Shown one piece after another: positions 62,641 through 64,000 of a stretch of DNA of 64,000 bases. The position numbers and the translations under genes were made by a program. Below the pieces are notes generated by a model that ran no database searches, had not been told where the DNA came from, and saw only the letters and a list, made by a program, of their open reading frames with translations. The DNA lies in the NCBI GenBank assembly GCA_019120375.1, contig DWVE01000028.1, positions 9,209-73,208 of the forward strand. Direction: 5' to 3'. The stretch comes from Candidatus Allofournierella excrementavium. GTDB taxonomy: Bacteria; Bacillota; Clostridia; Oscillospirales; Ruminococcaceae. The stretch's first letter is position 1. Each line of letters starts with the position of its first letter.

Positions 62641-63570
62641 ATGAGCGACACCCATGTTTATGATATGATCGTGGTGGGCGGAGGCCCCGGCGGCTACACC
62701 GCCGCCCTCTATGCCGCCCGGGCCGGGCTGGACACGCTGGTGCTGGAAAAGCTTTCGGCGGGCGGGCAGATGGCCCTGACCGACGTCATCGACAACTACC
62801 CCGGCTACGAAGAGGGCATCGACGGCTTCACCCTGGGGGAAAAGATGCAGCAGCAGGCCCAGCGGTTCGGCGCAAAGACCAAGTACGCCCAGGTGGAGCG
62901 GGCGGACCTGACCGCCAGCCCCAAGGTGCTGCACACCAGCGAGGGCGATTTTTACGCCCGCACCGTGGCGCTGGCCACCGGGGCCGACCCCCGGCAGCTG
63001 GGGCTGGAAAATGAGGCGGCCCTCACCGGCCGGGGCGTGGCCTACTGCGCCGCCTGCGACGGCATGCGCTACAAGGGCAAGACCGTTGTGGTGGTGGGCG
63101 GCGGCAACTCCGCGGCGGAGGACGCCCTGCTGCTGAGCCGCATCGCGGAAAAGGTGGTTTTGGTCCATCGCCGGGACACCCTGCGGGCCACGAAGGTCTA
63201 TCACCAGCCGCTGATGGATGCCGAAAACGTGGAGTTCCGCTGGAACAGCACCGTCACCGAACTGCTCCACGACGACAAGCTCACCGGCGTGAAGCTGCGG
63301 GACGTGAACACCGGCGAAGAGACCCTTCTGCCCTGCGACGGGCTGTTCGTCAGCGTGGGCCGCAAGCCCGCCACCCAACTGGCCGAGGGCCAGCTGGAAC
63401 TGGACGGGAGCGGCTACATCGTGGCGGACGAGACCACAAAGACCAGCGTGCCCGGCGTTTTTGCCGTGGGCGACGTGCGCACAAAACCTCTGCGTCAGGT
63501 GGTCACCGCGGTGGCCGACGGGGCCATGGCGGTGCACATGGCCGAGGAATATCTGGCGGGCGGCGCGTGA
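62641..63570 (+). CDS. trxB: thioredoxin-disulfide reductase
   Basis: 309 aa. FAD motif VVGGGPGG, redox centre CAACDG, NADPH motif VVGGGNSAAED, GVFAVGD. Confidence 0.93.
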   Translation: MSDTHVYDMIVVGGGPGGYTAALYAARAGLDTLVLEKLSAGGQMALTDVIDNYPGYEEGIDGFTLGEKMQQQAQRFGAKTKYAQVERADLTASPKVLHTSEGDFYARTVALATGADPRQLGLENEAALTGRGVAYCAACDGMRYKGKTVVVVGGGNSAAEDALLLSRIAEKVVLVHRRDTLRATKVYHQPLMDAENVEFRWNSTVTELLHDDKLTGVKLRDVNTGEETLLPCDGLFVSVGRKPATQLAEGQLELDGSGYIVADETTKTSVPGVFAVGDVRTKPLRQVVTAVADGAMAVHMAEEYLAGGA

Positions 63571-63587
63571 GCGCCCCCAAGCCAAAA

Positions 63588-63621
63588 AGCACACCCCGGA
63601 CTGCCCGCGGTGTGCTTTTTC
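63588..63621 (+). terminator. intrinsic terminator after trxB
   Basis: Stem AGCACACC / GGTGTGCT with a 13-nt loop, then T5. Confidence 0.65.
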
Positions 63622-63718
63622 ATTTTGTTCCGATTGCCAGACGGCGCCGCCCGTGCTATGATGAAGCTGCGGACGGCCGCAGCCGCCCCGCCAAAACGCG
63701 CCGGGAGGAGGCAGCGCC

Positions 63719-64000
63719 ATGGTCATTCTCATCGCGGGGGCATCCCACACGGGAAAGACCGCCCTTGCCCAGCGGCTGGTGAAGCGGTACGGCTGCTTCT
63801 GCCTTTCCCTCGACCATCTGAAGATGGGCCTCATCCGCAGCGGCCGCACCCGCCTGACTCCTCTGAGCAGCGACCGGGAGCTGACCGAACTTCTGTGGCC
63901 GGTGGCCCGGGAGATGGTCAAGACCGCCATCGAAAACGGGCAGGACCTCATCGTGGAAGGGTGCTACATCCCCTTCGACTGGGCGAAGGACTTTTCCGAA
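63719..64000 (+). CDS. P-loop NTPase/kinase-like protein, N-terminal 94 aa (runs off the window end)
   Basis: Manual translation from ATG 63719 (GGAGGAGG RBS): MVILIAGASHTGKTALAQRLVKRYGCFCLSLDHLKMGLIRSG... Walker A GASHTGKT. No stop before 64000. Confidence 0.65.
   Translation, partial: MVILIAGASHTGKTALAQRLVKRYGCFCLSLDHLKMGLIRSGRTRLTPLSSDRELTELLWPVAREMVKTAIENGQDLIVEGCYIPFDWAKDFSE

Overview
GC-rich chromosomal segment with strong GC3 bias. AGGAGG-type RBSs, buk-ptb, a glycyl-radical enzyme and GH2/GH36 sugar operons suggest a high-GC Clostridia-type gut anaerobe (inference only). I support about 58 protein genes, 4 tRNAs that all encode CCA (Gln-His-Arg cluster plus Leu), about 15 intrinsic terminators and several sigma70-like promoters and operator palindromes. 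I see no CRISPR array, IS element, integrase, phage module or rRNA. Content is mostly housekeeping and carbohydrate metabolism: ppa, galE, glmS, cls, trxAB, buk-ptb, a TetR-GH2-GPH-GH36 galactoside operon, and ROK, DeoR and RpiR sugar loci. Accessory modules include a UbiD/UbiX/LpdD decarboxylase, a Qnr-like pentapeptide protein with a MATE pump, an ArsR-permease-thioredoxin-fold triad, a CydDC-like exporter operon, and a LytTR two-component system beside a BceAB-like transporter. Most very long ORFs in the track (up to 1596 aa) are antisense artefacts of GC-rich coding DNA. The most interesting signals are: (1) an 18-codon leader ORF ending ICCCRC (all rare TGT codons), followed by competing stems and a strong terminator directly upstream of a cysteine synthase gene, which is a candidate ribosome-mediated cysteine attenuator; (2) a compact (~666 aa) glycyl-radical enzyme and activase co-operonic with a NanE-like sugar-phosphate epimerase and flanked by a DeoC-type aldolase and RpiR/DeoR regulators, suggesting an uncharacterised radical sugar pathway, although the enzyme gene carries a frameshift; (3) manA interrupted by an in-frame TAA at a conserved Tyr position; (4) a translationally coupled CydDC-like/YgbA/YbaN operon preceded by two copies of a 16-bp operator. 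All functional calls come from reading the translated sequences and motifs by eye. No database search was run.
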